In this document: positions 61,460-64,000 of the stretch, piece after piece
Layout of the letters: each line of letters begins with the position of its first letter
Numbering within the stretch: position 1 is the stretch's first letter
DNA from: Macrostomum lignano
Taxonomy: Eukaryota
DNA: 64,000 bases
Assembly (NCBI GenBank): GCA_002269645.1
Contig: NIVC01000740.1
Span: 124,001 to 188,000 of the forward strand
Direction: 5' to 3'
Notes under the pieces: model-generated
The model's database searches: none
What the model was told of the DNA's origin: nothing
What the model saw: only the letters and a program-made list of their open reading frames with translations
Program-made: the position numbers and the translations under genes

Positions 61460-62280
61460 TTGTCTAATTGAATTTGGCAAATCGGACTGAATCACAGACT
61501 TCCTGCAACAATATGCATTTTCCGGTCGGAAATTTTTGAATTTTCAGTTTCAAAAATCAAGTGGCGCGAATTCAAACTATATAAATGTTTGATACTGTAC
61601 AAGTAGTATTTGTGTTAACCTCGTTTTGATTTGTTTAATATTGAATTTGCATTGTTCAGGCGAGCATGCACACTCGGTTTTGCTCTGTTCTTTATGTACT
61701 ATAAGCCCTGTAACATGCACTTTTAGTTAAACTAGTGCGGTGTCGCATTGCCACTTTTGTAAACTTTATTGCGAGCGGGAATATGTATATATACAAGGGT
61801 GCATTTCTGTCATTTCTGTCTGTTACGTAAAAAATTGTTCCCAAGTTGTAAAATTTACATCTCGATCCTTGATCGTGTATACTTCATTTCAAATCTTTGT
61901 ATTTTGCTCTCGGCTTTGCACCGCGTTGCGTCATTGCCGGTTAAATATATCTCAGTAAAATGATCGATTCTGTGCCGGAGTTCCAGTCCAGCAGTCACAG
62001 ACTTTCTGCTTCCCAAGATGAAAACGTCTTGCACTGACTGAGCAGATGCTCAAAACAAATGATGGCGCAGCTGCCGCAGTTGCTTGACTACTAGTAATTA
62101 TTCGATTCGAATCGGATCTGGCGAGTAATTGTCATAAATTAGATGTAGGAAATGGGAACTGATTTGAGTCTGCAACACCTGCCATCCGCACGTCCGACGA
62201 AAATCCGGGTTGTTGTGCGACACTGGACAGCATTTGGCTGCTTTTTTGCAATCGTATCTTTGCAATTGTTGTAATGTATA

Positions 62281-63420
62281 ACTCACAGCTCAACAAAGTC
62301 ACTCATAGCTCAGTGATGTCACACACAGCTCAACAAAGTCACTCATAGCTCAGTGATGTCACACACAGCTCAACAAAGTCACTCATAGCTCAGTGATGTC
62401 ACACACAGCTCAACAAAGTCACTCATAGCTCAGTGATGTCACACACAGCTCAACAAAGTCACTCATAGCTCAGTGATGTCACACACAGCGCAGCGATGCG
62501 ACTCACACCTCAGCAATGTCACTCACAGCTCAGTGATAAGAGTCACAGCTTAACAATGTCACTCACAGCTCAGTGATAAGAGTCACACCTCAGCAATGTC
62601 ACTCACAGCTCAGTGATAAGAGTCACAGCTCTGCAATGTCACTCACAGCTCAGTGATAAGAGTCACACCTCAGCAATGTCACTCACAGCTCAGTGATAAG
62701 AGTCACAGCTCTGCAATGTCACTCACAGCTCAGTGATAAGAGTCACACCTCAGCAATGTCACTCACAGCTCAGTGATAAGAGTCACACCTCAGCAATGTC
62801 ACTCACAGCTCAGTGATAAGAGTCACACCTCAGCAATGTCACTCACAGCTCAGTGATAAGAGTCACAGCTCTGCAATGTCACTCACAGCTCAGTGATAAG
62901 AGTCACACCTCAGCAATGTCACTCACAGCTCAGTGATAAGAGTCACAGCTCTGCAATGTCACTCACAGCTCAGTGATAAGAGTCACACCTCAGCAATGTC
63001 ACTCACAGCTCAGTGATAAGAGTCACACCTCAGCAATGTCACTCACAGCTCAGTGATAAGAGTCACAGCTCTGCAATGTCACTCACAGCTCAGTGATAAG
63101 AGTCACACCTCAGCAATGTCACTCACAGCTCAGTGATAAGAGTCACAGCTCTGCAATGTCACTCACAGCTCAGTGATAAGAGTCACACCTCAGCAATGTC
63201 ACTCACAGCTCAGTGATAAGAGTCACAGCTCTGCAATGTCACTCACAGCTCAGTGATAAGAGTCACACCTCAGCAATGTCACTCACAGCTCAGTGATAAG
63301 AGTCACAGCTCTGCAATATCACTCAGCTCAGTAATAAGAGTCACAGCTTAACAATGTCACTTACAGCTCAGTGATAAGAGTCACAGCTGTGCAATGTCAA
63401 TCACAGCTCAACAATGTCAC
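62281..63420. repeat. 20-bp-based minisatellite arranged as 40-bp dimers (actcacagctcagtgataag + agtcacacctcagcaatgtc)
   Basis: Two 40-bp subfamilies occur (62281-62490 and 62520-63400), each made of two related 20-mers. Confidence 0.93.
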
Positions 63421-64000
63421 TCGAAAAATTGGCTGAGGCGAAAAACTATAGCTGTTTTTGTTAAATATCAATTAGCATGACTTGATTGACCAGGGTAAAG
63501 TATTGAAGTTTTATTGAAGTCAAACTGCCTGCTGGTTTCAGTAAAAAAAACATTTTTTTGTTGATCGATCAACGTACGGACGAACCAGGCGATCTCCCAT
63601 GTACACATGCAGTATCTCTTGAAACCACACAGAAAACCCTAATTTACAGGTAGTATTTAGTCAAAGCAGAAAGAATAAGCAAAGTTTTTGAACTAATACT
63701 ACTAAAAGTACGAGATGATTGCACGCTACTCTTGTGCAGCCCTTAAGAGCGTATAACCAGAATTAAAATGTAGCGAAGCGATGCTCAGCTGAAAGTTCGA
63801 TCGCCATGTCTATACAATGCATGCATTGCTGACAATCTCTGGCTGGGAGAGCGAGACTACGGCAGTGGTTCTGCTCGGATTCAGCTTGCGCTACTACGGC
63901 CGCTAATTAAATAGTTTCTGCTCTGTCAGCTTTTGTCCGGTCTTGAGCAAAGCCACGCTAGCCCGCTCCGTAAACTGAGTATAGACGTCATGCACAACAC

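Overview
Eukaryotic (metazoan) genomic DNA with GT-AG spliced genes, GC-rich coding exons and very abundant tandem repeats. The style resembles a Macrostomum-type flatworm, which is an inference only. Host genes: an SLC7 cationic amino-acid transporter (+, 3 coding exons), the 5' part of N6AMT1/HEMK2 (+, cut by an N gap and followed by a 13-kb 40-bp satellite), intronless TXNDC9 (-), an intronless SID-1/SIDT dsRNA-transporter-family gene (-), and a 4-exon CIB EF-hand gene (+). Mobile DNA: a decayed Ty3/Gypsy element whose 5' LTR is split by a Crypton-like tyrosine-recombinase relic, an apparently intact 6.7-kb CACTA/EnSpm (CMC) transposon with CCC...GGG TIRs and a 2-bp TSD, a second Gypsy pol remnant, a probable non-autonomous Helitron, small MITEs, and a minimal type I hammerhead ribozyme of the Penelope-like-element kind. 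The best candidate for a new system is the CACTA element. The ORF track misses a 7-exon, 400-aa accessory gene with a BEN-like C-terminus inside it. That gene's stop codon overlaps a splice donor whose use (61-nt intron) would fuse it in frame to the 766-aa transposase, giving a possible splice switch between a DNA-binding protein and a BEN-transposase fusion. Most long ORFs in the track over repeats are artefacts. All calls were made by eye; no searches were run.
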